Positions 50,011-60,758 of a DNA stretch of 64,000 nucleotides are shown one piece after another. The notes under the pieces are model-generated. The model was not told where the DNA came from. It was given only the letters and a program-made list of their open reading frames with translations, and did no database searches. Position numbers and translations under genes: made by a program. Each line of letters opens with the position of its first letter. Position 1 is the first letter of the stretch. The stretch is from Planctomycetota bacterium (GTDB lineage: Bacteria > Planctomycetota > UBA8108 > SXIK01), in contig CBDCXR010000004.1 of NCBI GenBank assembly GCA_965223845.1, positions 7,104,001 to 7,168,000 of the forward strand, in the 5' to 3' direction.

Positions 50011-50484
50011 GATGCTGCTCCTAATCTATTGGGTGGCGACGCGTTCGACTAGCCGGCTGATCGAGCGACGCGCTCGCTCAGTCGCTAGGTTCCTTCTGAG
50101 GCGGTTTTCGGGAAGCCGTCTCGCCGGCGCGGGGAAGCCGTGCCGAGTTCACCCGGGCGAGCTCTCCGCGGGATCGTGTTCGTCCCCGACAGGCGTTTCT
50201 GCCGAGAAGCGTTTGGGCGGGGAATCGGATCCGGGGCGAGCTGGGAGGCGACGCACGTACGCCTTCACAGGACGTGGATGTCCGGGCGCAGTGCGGGCGA
50301 CGGCGGCCGCTGTTCGATTCGTCGTCAAGTGGCGCCGCGTATCTTGACGCGGCGATCGTTTATCGCCCCGAACGCCTCTGGGCGAGGCTTTCACCGGCCG
50401 GAAATCGCGCACTCAGGTCTGAAAACCGGCCGGCGATCCCCGTGCTGCCCGCCCGCTGCGCCGCTAGAGGCCGCTCGACGGAGG

Positions 50485-51279
50485 TCAGTAGCGGTGCGTC
50501 TCCGTCTTCTCCTTCATCCCGAGCTCTTCGACGGCGTGCATCGCCCCCTGGGTGAGGAACATGAGGTCGCTTCCGAGCGCGATGAACCTCCAGCCCTCCC
50601 GCCTTCTGCGGAGGGCCGAGTCGACGCTGCCCGTGTGGAGTCCGGGCGCGATCCCGTGGCGATCGGCCGCCTCGCGGAGGATGCGGAGGGCGTCGACGAA
50701 CTCGGGGTCGTCCGTCTCCATCGCCGGTGTCTTTCCCATCGACTGGAGAAGGTCGTTCGGTCCGATGAAGATGGCGTCGAGGCCTTCGACCGCGCAGATC
50801 TCGTCGGCGTTCTCGACCGCGCGAATGTGCTCGGTCTGAACTGCTACGAAGATCTCGCGGTTCGCGCGGGCGTAGTACTCGGACGGATTCGTGCCGAACG
50901 CGAGCGCGTGTAGGTTTCCGCCGACGCTGCGGTCGCCTTCGGGGTGATACCGCGTCGCGGCAACCGCTCGGCAGGCTTCTTCCGCCGTATTGACCATGGG
51001 TACGACGATTCCGTAGGCCCCGTTGTCGAGAACTCGCTTGATGTTCTCATGACTGTTCGACGGTACGCGCGCGAGGGGGACGCAGCCGGCGTCTGCAATC
51101 TGCGCGAACATGTGCGCCGCCGTCTCCCAATTGACGGGACTGTGCTCGATGTCGACCGTCAACCACGGAAAGCCCGTGCGCGCCATGAAGCGCGTCGAGA
51201 GAGCGCTCGAAAGCGAGAGCCAAGTGCCGATCTGCGATTCGCCGCGCCGGAGCGCCGCCTTGAGTGCGTTCTTCTTCAT
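50485..51279 (-). CDS. HpcH/HpaI family class II aldolase
   Basis: IGTWL, VDIEHSP, ARVP, LDNGAYGIVVPMV, QTEH, FIGPNDL. Confidence 0.93.
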   Translation of the reverse strand: MKKNALKAALRRGESQIGTWLSLSSALSTRFMARTGFPWLTVDIEHSPVNWETAAHMFAQIADAGCVPLARVPSNSHENIKRVLDNGAYGIVVPMVNTAEEACRAVAATRYHPEGDRSVGGNLHALAFGTNPSEYYARANREIFVAVQTEHIRAVENADEICAVEGLDAIFIGPNDLLQSMGKTPAMETDDPEFVDALRILREAADRHGIAPGLHTGSVDSALRRRREGWRFIALGSDLMFLTQGAMHAVEELGMKEKTETHRY

Positions 51280-51464
51280 GCGCTCGGTAATCTCCGCCGT
51301 ACTGCGCCGAGGGCTCGACGTCGACCTCGTCGCCACGATCATGCCCGCTTCGTCTCCATGGTAGAGAAGCCGGAGTCCGGGTACAACCGACGGACCCTTT
51401 CCGCGGGCGCAGATCCGTTGGTGCCCGTCGCCTCACTCACCGAATCCGCCGAGAAGCCCGGACC

Positions 51465-53084
51465 ATGTCTGACGACGCGCCGACCTTCCCCACGTCCGCC
51501 GTTCCGCCGGAGCGGGCGGGCGGCACGGGCCCGGCGGTCGATTCCGATCGCGACCGCTATGCGCGAGAGGGATGGTTCGCGCTCGGCGCATCTCTTCTCG
51601 TCGGCTGCACCGTCGTTTCGCTTCTTTCGGGCGAGTTCGTTCACGGCGAGCGATACCTCGAGCGCCCGATCCTAGAGGTCGTCGTCCTTCTCCTTGCCGG
51701 GGGCGCTCTCTACTTGGTTGCGGCGCTCCGGTGCCGAGAGCGCGCGCCGACGCTTCGCTTCGTCATCATCGTCTCGGTTCTCGCGCGCGCTCTGCTCCTG
51801 CTCGGACAACCGATCCAAGAGGACGATTTCTATCGGTATCTGTGGGACGGACGCGTCGCATCCACCGGAGTGAGCTCGTATCGATTCAGCCCCGCGGAAG
51901 TCGACGAGGTTCGATTGCGTCCCGACGCTGCCGCGGCCGAGGATCGCGTTCCGCTCGTCCGTCTCTCGGAGCTTTCCGAACAGACTCCGGCGCTCGCGAC
52001 CGGATTCGAGCGCATCAACAATCGCGAGTACGCGACGATCTACCCACCGCTCGCGCAGATCGTATTTCGGGCGGGTGCATCGATCATCCCCGTCGAGTGG
52101 GACATCGCTCACCAAGTGCGCGCGCTGCGCGCGCTGATCGTCCTCTTCGATCTCGGCATTTTCTTCGCCGTCGTCGCTCTCCTGCGATCCGCGGGGCGAC
52201 CCCCAGGCTGGGCACTTCTCTACGGTTGGTGCCCACTCGTCCTCAAAGAGTTCAGCAACTCGGGGCACATGGATGCGATCCCCGGCTTTTTTCTCGCGTG
52301 GTCGCTCGTCGCGCTCCTCTCGCGCTGCGGCGTCTTCTGCGGGATCCTTCTCGGTGCGGCGATCGCGGCGAAATTCTACGCCGCGGCTCTTCTTCCGCTC
52401 GCGTTCGTACGGCTGGGCGTTCGTCGGGGCGGACTGGCCGTCGCGACGGCGATCGCGTTGATCGTTCTGGTGAACGCGACGAGCGACAGCGGTTTGCGTT
52501 ACCGCGAGACCTTGGTCGAGTTCACGTTTCTCTGGGAAAAGAACTCCGCCCTGTTCGCGTGGATGCAATCGATCGCGGGGACTCTCGCGGGAACCGAGCT
52601 CGTCGATCTCGCGATCCCGCTCGCTCGAGGTCACGCGCCGCTCGACGTCGCCGTTCCGATCGATCGCCTCATCGCGCTCGGGGCCGCGGGTGCGCTCCTC
52701 GCTCTCATCACGGTCCTTTCGGCCCGCGGCGCTCGCCGAGTGACGCGCCCCGAAGTTCTTCGGCGGGCGTTCGTCGTTCTCGCGTCGGTGTTCTTGATCG
52801 GGCCGCTCGGATTCCCGTGGTACTTCACGTGGTGCGTACCTCTCCTCGCCTTCGTTCGCGCGCGGAGCTGGTTCGTGCTTCCGGGGCTGCTGAGTCTCTA
52901 CTACGTATTCTTCTGGGTGATCTACCACCACGAGGAGTCGTGGCTTGGATTTACTCCGGGCGACGAGTTCTTCCATCGCGCGGTGGTCGCGCTCGAGTTC
53001 GGCGCGTTCTTCGCGAGCCTCGCGTACGAAGCTTGGCGTACCCGCCGGGGAAGCTATTCCCGCGAGCGCGACTTCTCGATGTAG
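51465..53084 (+). CDS. Membrane glycosyltransferase (GT87/DUF2029-like, GT-C fold)
   Basis: EDDFYRYLWDG, TIYPPLAQ, YGWCPLVLKE..SGHMD, PWYFTW; many transmembrane segments. Confidence 0.8.
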   Translation: MSDDAPTFPTSAVPPERAGGTGPAVDSDRDRYAREGWFALGASLLVGCTVVSLLSGEFVHGERYLERPILEVVVLLLAGGALYLVAALRCRERAPTLRFVIIVSVLARALLLLGQPIQEDDFYRYLWDGRVASTGVSSYRFSPAEVDEVRLRPDAAAAEDRVPLVRLSELSEQTPALATGFERINNREYATIYPPLAQIVFRAGASIIPVEWDIAHQVRALRALIVLFDLGIFFAVVALLRSAGRPPGWALLYGWCPLVLKEFSNSGHMDAIPGFFLAWSLVALLSRCGVFCGILLGAAIAAKFYAAALLPLAFVRLGVRRGGLAVATAIALIVLVNATSDSGLRYRETLVEFTFLWEKNSALFAWMQSIAGTLAGTELVDLAIPLARGHAPLDVAVPIDRLIALGAAGALLALITVLSARGARRVTRPEVLRRAFVVLASVFLIGPLGFPWYFTWCVPLLAFVRARSWFVLPGLLSLYYVFFWVIYHHEESWLGFTPGDEFFHRAVVALEFGAFFASLAYEAWRTRRGSYSRERDFSM

Positions 53085-54838
53085 CGTGCGACGTTCTCTT
53101 CGAGCAGCGTGAGCGGAACGCTGCCACTTAGCAGAACGACATCGTGAAACTCGCGCACATCGAAGCGCGCCCCGAGCTCGCGCTCGGCGCGTCGGCGAAG
53201 CTCGGTGATCTTGAGCTCGCCCATCTTGTACGCGAGCGCCTGACCCGGCCACGCGATATAGCGGTCGATCTCTGTCTCGACCGTGTGCAGGGTGAGCGCG
53301 GTGTTCTCGGCCATGAATTCGATCGCACGCTCGCGCGACCAGCCGAGCGCGTGCATGCCCGTGTCGACGACGAGGCGACACGCGCGCCACATCTCGTACG
53401 TGAGGCGTCCGAAGTCACTGTACGGATCCCGATAGAACCCGACTTCGAGGCCCAGTCGCTCGGAGTAGAGCGCCCAGCCTTCGATGAACGCCGTGAAACG
53501 CGAGAAGCGCCGAAACTCCGGAACGTCCTCGAGCTCTTGCTGAAGGGCGAGCTGCAGGTGGTGTCCGGGAACTGCCTCGTGGTAGGAGAGCGCCTCGACT
53601 TCGTAGAGCGGGCGGCTGTCGAGCTTGTAGGTGTTGATGAAATAGATGCCAGGGCGCGTACCGTCTCCCGACGGCAGCTGGTAATAGGCCGGTGTCGTTT
53701 TCGGGGCGATGTAATCGGGTACCGGCTCGATTCCGTAAGGCATCCGCGGCAGCGTTTTGAAGAGGAGGGGGAGTTTCCCGTCCATGTTCTTGAGGACGAG
53801 CGCCGTCTCTTTGAACAGCTCCTCCGGTGTCTCGACATAGAAGCGAGGATCGGTGCGAAGAAACCTGAGAAACTCCGCGAACGTGCCGTCGAACTCGACC
53901 TTCGCGATGATCGCCGCCATCTCGCGGCGGAGGCGCGTCACCTCGGCGAGACCGACGGCGTGGACTTCTTCGGGACCGACGTCGAGCGTCGTAAAGCGGC
54001 GCACGCGGTGAGCGTAGAACTTCTCTCCGTTCGGAAGAGCGCTCGCGGCGATCGACTCCCGGCAGGACGGGAAGTACTCGCGCTGCCAGAACTCGAGAAA
54101 GCGCTCGTACGCGGGAACGACGTTCTCGGCGATCGCCGCACGGGCATCGGCCCGAAGCCGTTCGGCGTCGGCGGGCGAGATGCTCTGGGGAATCTCTCTA
54201 AACGGCGCGTAGAGCGCGCTCGTTTCTGGAGCCTCCGTGATGTGAGCGGAAATCGATCCCTCGTAGCCCTCGAGAACGACTTTGGGGAGAACGTAGCCGG
54301 AGCGTACGCCTTCGCGAAGGAGCTCGATGTGCTCGTCGGTGAATCGTCCGAACGCTCGGAGGCGCGCGAGGTAATCGTCGAAGTCACGCACCGTCACGAA
54401 CGAGAGCTTCTTCGGCAGCTCCGGAAACTCGATGTGAAATCCGGAACGGTTCGTGATCGGGATGAGATGAGAGTGAAACGCGTGTTCGGCGAGATGATCC
54501 TCGTTCACTCTCCGGAAGATGTCGTAGTTGACCTGGTCGTTCCGGGTGAGTTGATCACGCGGAATGGCGTCGAGCCGGAGAAGAAACTCGCGCCGCGCGT
54601 CGGCTCGGCGCTGGATGTCGTCTCGACTCATCCCGCGTAGGCGATCGTTGCCGCGGCGATCGCCGAGCGTCGTCGCGAAGACGGGATTCTCCTCGAGGTG
54701 AAACTCCCACGCGTCGCGAAAGAGCCCTCGAAGGCGAAGCTTGGCGCTCTTCGCTTCGAGCGTGAAGCACCCCGGGAGGAAGCCGCAGAGAGCTAGTGAA
54801 ACGACGAGTTTCCCAACATTCAGCCGATACCTGCGCAT
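53054..54838 (-). CDS. DUF885 family lipoprotein (putative metallopeptidase)
   Basis: Lipobox LPGC; HEAVPGHHLQ, EGWALYSE, RLVVDTGMH, PGQALAYKMG, FHDVVL. Confidence 0.92.
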   Translation of the reverse strand: MRRYRLNVGKLVVSLALCGFLPGCFTLEAKSAKLRLRGLFRDAWEFHLEENPVFATTLGDRRGNDRLRGMSRDDIQRRADARREFLLRLDAIPRDQLTRNDQVNYDIFRRVNEDHLAEHAFHSHLIPITNRSGFHIEFPELPKKLSFVTVRDFDDYLARLRAFGRFTDEHIELLREGVRSGYVLPKVVLEGYEGSISAHITEAPETSALYAPFREIPQSISPADAERLRADARAAIAENVVPAYERFLEFWQREYFPSCRESIAASALPNGEKFYAHRVRRFTTLDVGPEEVHAVGLAEVTRLRREMAAIIAKVEFDGTFAEFLRFLRTDPRFYVETPEELFKETALVLKNMDGKLPLLFKTLPRMPYGIEPVPDYIAPKTTPAYYQLPSGDGTRPGIYFINTYKLDSRPLYEVEALSYHEAVPGHHLQLALQQELEDVPEFRRFSRFTAFIEGWALYSERLGLEVGFYRDPYSDFGRLTYEMWRACRLVVDTGMHALGWSRERAIEFMAENTALTLHTVETEIDRYIAWPGQALAYKMGELKITELRRRAERELGARFDVREFHDVVLLSGSVPLTLLEENVARYIEKSRSRE

Positions 54839-54974
54839 CGTTTTCGCCTCCGCCGATCGACACCGCGGCCCTCCCTGCGAGGACGCACTCGTGGAAGCGC
54901 GATCATACGGAGCGCCACGACCGATCGTAAACACCAACCGCTCGTACGTCTCGTTCAGCGCAGGGCGCGGCGCC

Positions 54975-56441
54975 TCAGCCGAAGATCTCGGTGATCGGAC
55001 GTCCAGTCGCGAGGACGTGTGGCCGGCGGAGATGATCGTGAATCTCCGTTTCGGGGTCGATCCCGAGCGCGTAGTAGATCGTCGCGGCGATGTCTTCGGG
55101 TGTCACCGGGTCGCGCGTCGGGTAGGCGGCGTAGCGATCGCTCGCGCCGTAAATCGCTCCGGGCGCCACGCCGCCGCCGGCGAGGAGCACGGAGTAGCAA
55201 TGCGGCCAGTGGTCGCGTCCGCCTTTGTCCGCGCCGGCGTTGCTCGTGATCTGTCCGACCTTGGGGGTTCGCCCGAACTCGCCCATCGCGACGACGAGCG
55301 TCTCGTCGAGCAGACCGCGCTGGTGGAGATCATCGATGAGCGCCGAGAACGCGCGGTCTGTGAGCGGGAGAAGCGACTTCTTGAGGAGCGGGAAGTGCTT
55401 TCGGTGCGTGTCCCATGCCTGGCAGAAGCGCCGGCCGCCGCAGACGGTGACGAGCCGCACGCCCGCTTCGATGAGTCGACGCGCGAGGAGCATGCTCTGG
55501 CCGAGGTGGGGCACGCCGCCGAACTCGCGCGCGAGCTTCGAACGGTCGGAGGCGTGGTCGAATCCGAAGCGCTCGCGGACGGCATCCGGTTCGCGCTCGA
55601 GGTCGAAGGCGTCGCGCGCCGACGAAGAACCCAGAAGCTGAAACGCCTTCTGGTGGTAGGTATCGAGTTCGCGAAATCGCCGGGAGTCGCCGAGACCGTC
55701 GAGAGTTCGCGCCATCATCTCGCCGAAGAGCCGTCGGCGGCGAGCGAAGCGTGAGTTCGTGAGGCCACCGGCGAGCTGGAGGCCGGTCGGCTTCCAAGCA
55801 TCGACGCTCGGATCACCCGTGACGTACGGATCGGTCTCCGCGCCGAGGAACCCGCCGAACTGTCCCGGAAGATCGAATCCCAGGTTCGAGAGCACCTCGG
55901 GGACGTGGACGAAATCGGGGAGAGGACTTCCGGTCGGTCGAAGCGCGGCGAGAGCGGCGCCGTAAGTCGGAAACAACTTTCTCGACGGCGCGCGGATGAG
56001 TTCACCGCCGTCGTCCGGCGGCCGGCCAGTAAGGACGTAGTACGCCCCCGCGTTGTGATCGTTGACGTTGTGCCGGACGGTGCGAACCTGGGCGAAGTGA
56101 TGGATCTGCTGCGCGAATAGGGGCAGGTGTTCGCACACCTGGATCCCGGGCGTTTTTGTCGGGATCGGCTTGAACTCGCCGCGGTATTCGACCGGCGCGT
56201 CCGGCTTCATGTCCCAGAGATCCTGATGCGCCGGGCCGCCCTCCATGAAGTAGAGGATGCACGAGCGCGCGCGTCCACGCCCGGGAGCGCGCGCCGGCGA
56301 ATCGCGCCCGGCGTCGGCGCGAAGCAGCTTGGGGAGAGAGAGGCCGAAGAGACCGAGGCCGCCGAGTTGAATTGCACCGCGCCGAGACAAGGAACTCGAG
56401 CTCGGCGGAGCGGGCGCGCGGTCCGGGGCGGGGGAACTCAA
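54975..56441 (-). CDS. DUF1501 domain protein
   Basis: SRR leader; GGPAHQDLWDMKP; LLARRLIEAGV; WDTH; GEFGRTP; GRDHW. Confidence 0.93.
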   Translation of the reverse strand: MSSPAPDRAPAPPSSSSLSRRGAIQLGGLGLFGLSLPKLLRADAGRDSPARAPGRGRARSCILYFMEGGPAHQDLWDMKPDAPVEYRGEFKPIPTKTPGIQVCEHLPLFAQQIHHFAQVRTVRHNVNDHNAGAYYVLTGRPPDDGGELIRAPSRKLFPTYGAALAALRPTGSPLPDFVHVPEVLSNLGFDLPGQFGGFLGAETDPYVTGDPSVDAWKPTGLQLAGGLTNSRFARRRRLFGEMMARTLDGLGDSRRFRELDTYHQKAFQLLGSSSARDAFDLEREPDAVRERFGFDHASDRSKLAREFGGVPHLGQSMLLARRLIEAGVRLVTVCGGRRFCQAWDTHRKHFPLLKKSLLPLTDRAFSALIDDLHQRGLLDETLVVAMGEFGRTPKVGQITSNAGADKGGRDHWPHCYSVLLAGGGVAPGAIYGASDRYAAYPTRDPVTPEDIAATIYYALGIDPETEIHDHLRRPHVLATGRPITEIFG

Positions 56442-56572
56442 GCTTGCCTCCCAACTTCACTGGTGAAACGCCGCGATTCGACTGATGACCAAGTCGAGTC
56501 TATCCGGTTCGGCGACGCCCTTGGATCGAGAATCCGAGCTCGCCGTCGCCATCGCTTCCGCCGAGCTCCCGG

Positions 56573-57283
56573 TCAGGACGACGGCGGACGCGCGAGCGGA
56601 CGGATCTCGAGCTGGCTGACGCAAGTGCCTGGGCGCATGCGGAGGATGCTCGCACAGGCTTCGCCGACATCACGCGGCGTCGCTTTCCAGCTCGTGTCCT
56701 CGGCCGGGTCGTGACGATGCGAGGCACTGTCGACCGATCCGGGGTAGAGCGTGGTCACGTGGATTCTGCGGTCGCGAAGCTCGTGGAAGAGTGAATCCGA
56801 AAAACCCGTCACGGCGTACTTCGATGCGGCGTACCCACTTCCTCCAGGGAGGGGAACGCGGCCGGAAATGGACGAAATGTTGATGATGTGCGCGCACTGT
56901 CGCTCGAGGAGGAACGGCAGCGCCGCGCGCGTCGAGTGAAAGACCCCGCTGATGTTCGTCTCGACCATCTCGCGCCACTCTTCGAGCGAGAGCGCGAAGA
57001 TGTCTTTCCGGATCACGACGCCCGCGTTGTTGACGAGAGCATCGATTCCGCCCAGCTCGCGCGCGAGAGTTGCGACCACTTCTTCGACTGCGCTCGGATC
57101 GCGTACGTCGCAGGCTCGCGCGACCGCGATCGCTCCTTCCGCGGAGAGCTCGGCCTCGAGCTCGGTGATCTCGGGCTCCGATCGCGCGAGGAGACCGACG
57201 CCGAATCCTTCGCGCGCGAGCACCGTCGCGATGCCGCGACCGATTCCTCGACTCGCTCCGGTTACGATGACATTTCTCTTCAT
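56573..57283 (-). CDS. Short-chain dehydrogenase/reductase
   Basis: TGASRGIG, LVNNAG, INISS, YAASK. Confidence 0.93.
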   Translation of the reverse strand: MKRNVIVTGASRGIGRGIATVLAREGFGVGLLARSEPEITELEAELSAEGAIAVARACDVRDPSAVEEVVATLARELGGIDALVNNAGVVIRKDIFALSLEEWREMVETNISGVFHSTRAALPFLLERQCAHIINISSISGRVPLPGGSGYAASKYAVTGFSDSLFHELRDRRIHVTTLYPGSVDSASHRHDPAEDTSWKATPRDVGEACASILRMRPGTCVSQLEIRPLARPPSS

Positions 57284-58482
57284 GGCCGATCTCCGCTAGC
57301 TGTGTCGTGCGGGAAGATTCGCGCGCCGGACGCGAGGGCTGAGTCGATCACCCGCAGTTCGCGAGAAAACTCTCGGGCGTACGCTCGCTCGAGCGCCGCC
57401 CGCACGTCCGTCGCAGCGTCGGCCGAGACGAGCGTCACCGTTGCGCCGCCGAATCCGCCACCGCTCAGCTTAGCGCCGTAGACTCCCGGCACGTTTCGAG
57501 CGGCTTCGACGAGAGCATCGAGCTCTCGAATCGAGTTTCCGAAGAGATCGCGACACGATGCGTGCGAAGCGTGCATGAGCTCTCCGAGCGCCGCGAAGTC
57601 ACCGGTCGCAGCGGCCACTCGGCCGGTCTCGACGCGAGTGATTTCCTCGACGACGTGCTGCGCGCGCGGCCGATCGGACGGGTGGAGCGCTCCTGCGTGC
57701 TCGCGGAACTCTTCGGGCGACACGTCGCGCAGGGCCTCGACCGGCCGGCCGAGACTCTCGCCGAGAGCGCGCGCAGCACGTTCGCAAGACGACCGCAGCG
57801 ACGCGTATTTCCCGTCGACGAGCGCGTGCTCTACGCCCGTGTCGGAGACGAGCACGCGGAGAGTGCCCGGTGGAGTTGCGATTCGCTCGTGCTCAAGCGA
57901 TCGACAGTCGAGGTAGAGGAGACAGTCCTCGCGGCCGTAGCGCACGGAGAACTGATCGAGGAGCCCGCAGGGCATCCCCGCGAATTCGACCTCGGCGCGG
58001 CGGCAGAGCTGCGCCGTCACCATCGGGTCTTCGGGTGCTCCGCCGTAGAGCGAAAAGAGAGCATCGGCGGTCGCCGTTTCGAGCGCGGCGGAGGACGACA
58101 CGCCGGCGCCGATCGGCAGCGAAGCGACGATCGCGAGTCGCGTCGAGTCGACGTGCACGCCGGCGGCGATGATCTGCTGAACGACACCGCAGGGGTAGTT
58201 CGTCCACGAGTGCGGAACGGGTGCGAGCGAATCGAGCGCAAAGCGTCGCCGCTCGCCCATCGAATCGCTCCAGAGCTCGATCGTGCGCTCGCTCGCCGCG
58301 CCGCGTCCTCCCGCGACTGCGATCCCGAGCTCGAGCGCGGCCGAGATGATTCCCCCACCGTTGTAGTCGGTGTGGTTCCCGAGGATCTCGACGCGCCCGG
58401 GCGCGAACGCGACGCACTCGGGCGCGGAGTCGTAGTGCTCGCGATACTTCGCGGCGGCTCGGCTCCTCAGCTCTCCGTCCAT
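57280..58482 (-). CDS. galK: Galactokinase
   Basis: APGRVEILGNHTDYNGG, PIGAGVSSSAA, CGLLDQ, GAKLSGGGFGG. Confidence 0.93.
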   Translation of the reverse strand: MDGELRSRAAAKYREHYDSAPECVAFAPGRVEILGNHTDYNGGGIISAALELGIAVAGGRGAASERTIELWSDSMGERRRFALDSLAPVPHSWTNYPCGVVQQIIAAGVHVDSTRLAIVASLPIGAGVSSSAALETATADALFSLYGGAPEDPMVTAQLCRRAEVEFAGMPCGLLDQFSVRYGREDCLLYLDCRSLEHERIATPPGTLRVLVSDTGVEHALVDGKYASLRSSCERAARALGESLGRPVEALRDVSPEEFREHAGALHPSDRPRAQHVVEEITRVETGRVAAATGDFAALGELMHASHASCRDLFGNSIRELDALVEAARNVPGVYGAKLSGGGFGGATVTLVSADAATDVRAALERAYAREFSRELRVIDSALASGARIFPHDTASGDRP

Positions 58483-58598
58483 TCTCGTCCTCACGACCGG
58501 GGAGGAGAGAGAGGATACGAGACCGCGCGCCGCGGGGCTACCACGCCCCTCGGGTCAACGGAGCGAGACGCGCGATGCGCACGGACGGCGCGGTCGGC

Positions 58599-60686
58599 CT
58601 AAATCGCAAGGCACTCGCCGAGCGGGTCGTCGGTCGGATCGAGCCCCTCGTTCGGAAAGGGAACCGCGGGGGGCGCTCCTTCGCCGAAGAGGAAGTTGAG
58701 GATCGCGATTCCGCTGCTGATGTCGACTCCGCCGGCGTCGGTGAAGTCCGCGGCATCTAGACAGCTCGGGGCTTCTTGGTCGCCGAAGAGATAGTTGAGG
58801 ACGAAGATCGCGTCGGTGACGTTGATCGACCCGCTGTGGTCGACATCGCCCCGCCGAAAGCGTCGCGGAAACGGCGGCTCGACCGAGCGGACGTGGACGT
58901 TCGCACTCTTGAGAGCAGGGGGAATGGAATCGACGCCGACCACCACGATGTTCTTGATGCGGCTCAGATTCGCGTCGTTCTCGAGGCGAAGGACAGTCGT
59001 TTCTCCCTGCGGCGCGCTCGAGAGTACGTCGACGATCAGATTGACGAGGCGAGTTCCGCGCGAGGGCGGGAGCACGACGTCATCGAAGGGGGGTTGCGTT
59101 TGGAAGAGGACGCCGACCTCGAAGTAGCGGTCGAATACGTTCGTCTGCTCGAACTCCGGTTCGATCCGCGCGTCGTCGATCGCCGTGTAGCGGTAGTCGG
59201 AGCCCGTGATCGAGAGAAAGTTCGGGTCATACGTTCCCATCACTTGGAAACCGCGGATCTCTTCCACGTACGACGCGATCACCGGGAACCAGACACCTTC
59301 TGCGCCGGGAAGAACTTGCTGGTTCGGAATTCGGTAGGAATAGAGCGGGTTCTGCACGACGACGAGATCCTCGATCGTCTTCGAGCTCTCGGCTCCTCCC
59401 GGTCCCGCGACGGTGAGCGTCACGTCGTACGAGCCCGGGTCTTGGTACGTGTGAACGGGATTCCGAACGCCGGAACTGCCGCCGTCCCCGAAGTCCCACT
59501 CCCAGTGTGTCGCGTCGCCGGTCGAGAGGTCGGTGAACTGAACGGCGAGCGGTACCCGCCCGCTCGTCGGCTCGGCGACGAAGTCGACCGCCGGGGCGCA
59601 CACATTGTTCGTGTATTGGCTCTCTCCGTTCGCCAAGTACGAGAGGTGAAGATTGCCGAATTGGTCGGCGTCGAGCGTCGGAAGGCTCTCGATGTCCGCA
59701 CTCTCGAACACCCGCGTCGCGGATGTGAGCGCCGTGTCCTGACCGACGATCGTGTAGATGTCGCCGAACTTCGCAAAGGCGATCAGGACCTTTCCCGACC
59801 GTCGGACGCGCATGCGCGGTTGCTGGACGCCTCCCGCCTCGAGGAGCTGCTGCGGTGCGAACTCCGTCTCGGAGGTGCTCGCCGAGACGTAGAGACTATT
59901 GTTGCTTTCGTACGCGATGAGAATCGTCCGCTCCGCGACTCGACCGAGCGTCGCCGAGGACTCGGGGACGAACGGCGAGTTCGTCACGCGGACGGGATCG
60001 GCAAAGGCGCCTTCGATGCCACGCGCGTAGAAGAGGTCGTTCTTCGACGAGAAGACGACGTGGACGATGTCGTCGTCACCCATGAAGACCGCGGGGTAGT
60101 CGCCTTCGTCGGCGACGATGGAGGGGTCGCCGATCTCGTCGTTCCAGTAGAGCACGCGACTCGACCCTCCGACTCGCTGCGCCCAAACGACGTGAGGATT
60201 CCCGCGGCGATCGAGGACTTGCTGCGGGGCGTAGTCGTCGAGCCGACTCGCACTCAAGCGACGCGGGGTCGTGAAGACGCCGCCGCTGTTGCGCGCGAGA
60301 TAGATGTCGCGTCCGAGTGCGGGCTCCTCCGAGTCGAGGAGAGTGTAGGTGACGTACGTGACGCCGCTCGACGTGGTGTCGAGAGACGGATCCCCGGGGA
60401 TGCCGTTCGTCTCGACCGGCAGAAGGATGTCTGCGCCCGAGCTCACGATGCGTACCGAGAGCTCTTCACCCGCAACGGTTGCGATGTTGGCGCGATCGGC
60501 CGGGTCGACCGTGAGCCGCACTTCGGTGACACGTTCATCGACTAGGACGGACGTCGGCGCTCGCCAGGTCTCCTCGCATTCGTCATCCTGGGAGCGCGCG
60601 GCGGCTAGATAACTTCCGACGAAGGCGCCGACGATCGTCGATAGAGCGATGCGGCGATATCGTGAGACAGTCTCGCTCGCAATCAT
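58599..60686 (-). CDS. Secreted protein: propeller-like repeats, PKD domain, cohesin-like domain, C-terminal dockerin-like module
   Basis: PKD VQFTDLS...WEWDFGDG...HTY..PGSYDVTLTV; dockerin-like FRRGDVDHSGSINVTDAIFVLNYLF...DAADFTDAGGVDISSGIAILNFLF. Confidence 0.82.
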   Translation of the reverse strand: MIASETVSRYRRIALSTIVGAFVGSYLAAARSQDDECEETWRAPTSVLVDERVTEVRLTVDPADRANIATVAGEELSVRIVSSGADILLPVETNGIPGDPSLDTTSSGVTYVTYTLLDSEEPALGRDIYLARNSGGVFTTPRRLSASRLDDYAPQQVLDRRGNPHVVWAQRVGGSSRVLYWNDEIGDPSIVADEGDYPAVFMGDDDIVHVVFSSKNDLFYARGIEGAFADPVRVTNSPFVPESSATLGRVAERTILIAYESNNSLYVSASTSETEFAPQQLLEAGGVQQPRMRVRRSGKVLIAFAKFGDIYTIVGQDTALTSATRVFESADIESLPTLDADQFGNLHLSYLANGESQYTNNVCAPAVDFVAEPTSGRVPLAVQFTDLSTGDATHWEWDFGDGGSSGVRNPVHTYQDPGSYDVTLTVAGPGGAESSKTIEDLVVVQNPLYSYRIPNQQVLPGAEGVWFPVIASYVEEIRGFQVMGTYDPNFLSITGSDYRYTAIDDARIEPEFEQTNVFDRYFEVGVLFQTQPPFDDVVLPPSRGTRLVNLIVDVLSSAPQGETTVLRLENDANLSRIKNIVVVGVDSIPPALKSANVHVRSVEPPFPRRFRRGDVDHSGSINVTDAIFVLNYLFGDQEAPSCLDAADFTDAGGVDISSGIAILNFLFGEGAPPAVPFPNEGLDPTDDPLGECLAI

Positions 60687-60758
60687 GTGGAATCTCCTCC
60701 ATTCGCCCAAACATCGGACGACAGGCGCTTGTCCGGGCGCGCGCGAGAGAAGGGGAGC

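Noticed and set aside
53054-53084. 31-bp overlap between convergent GT87-like and DUF885 genes
   Set aside because: Short 3' overlaps are common in GC-rich genomes and both proteins look complete.
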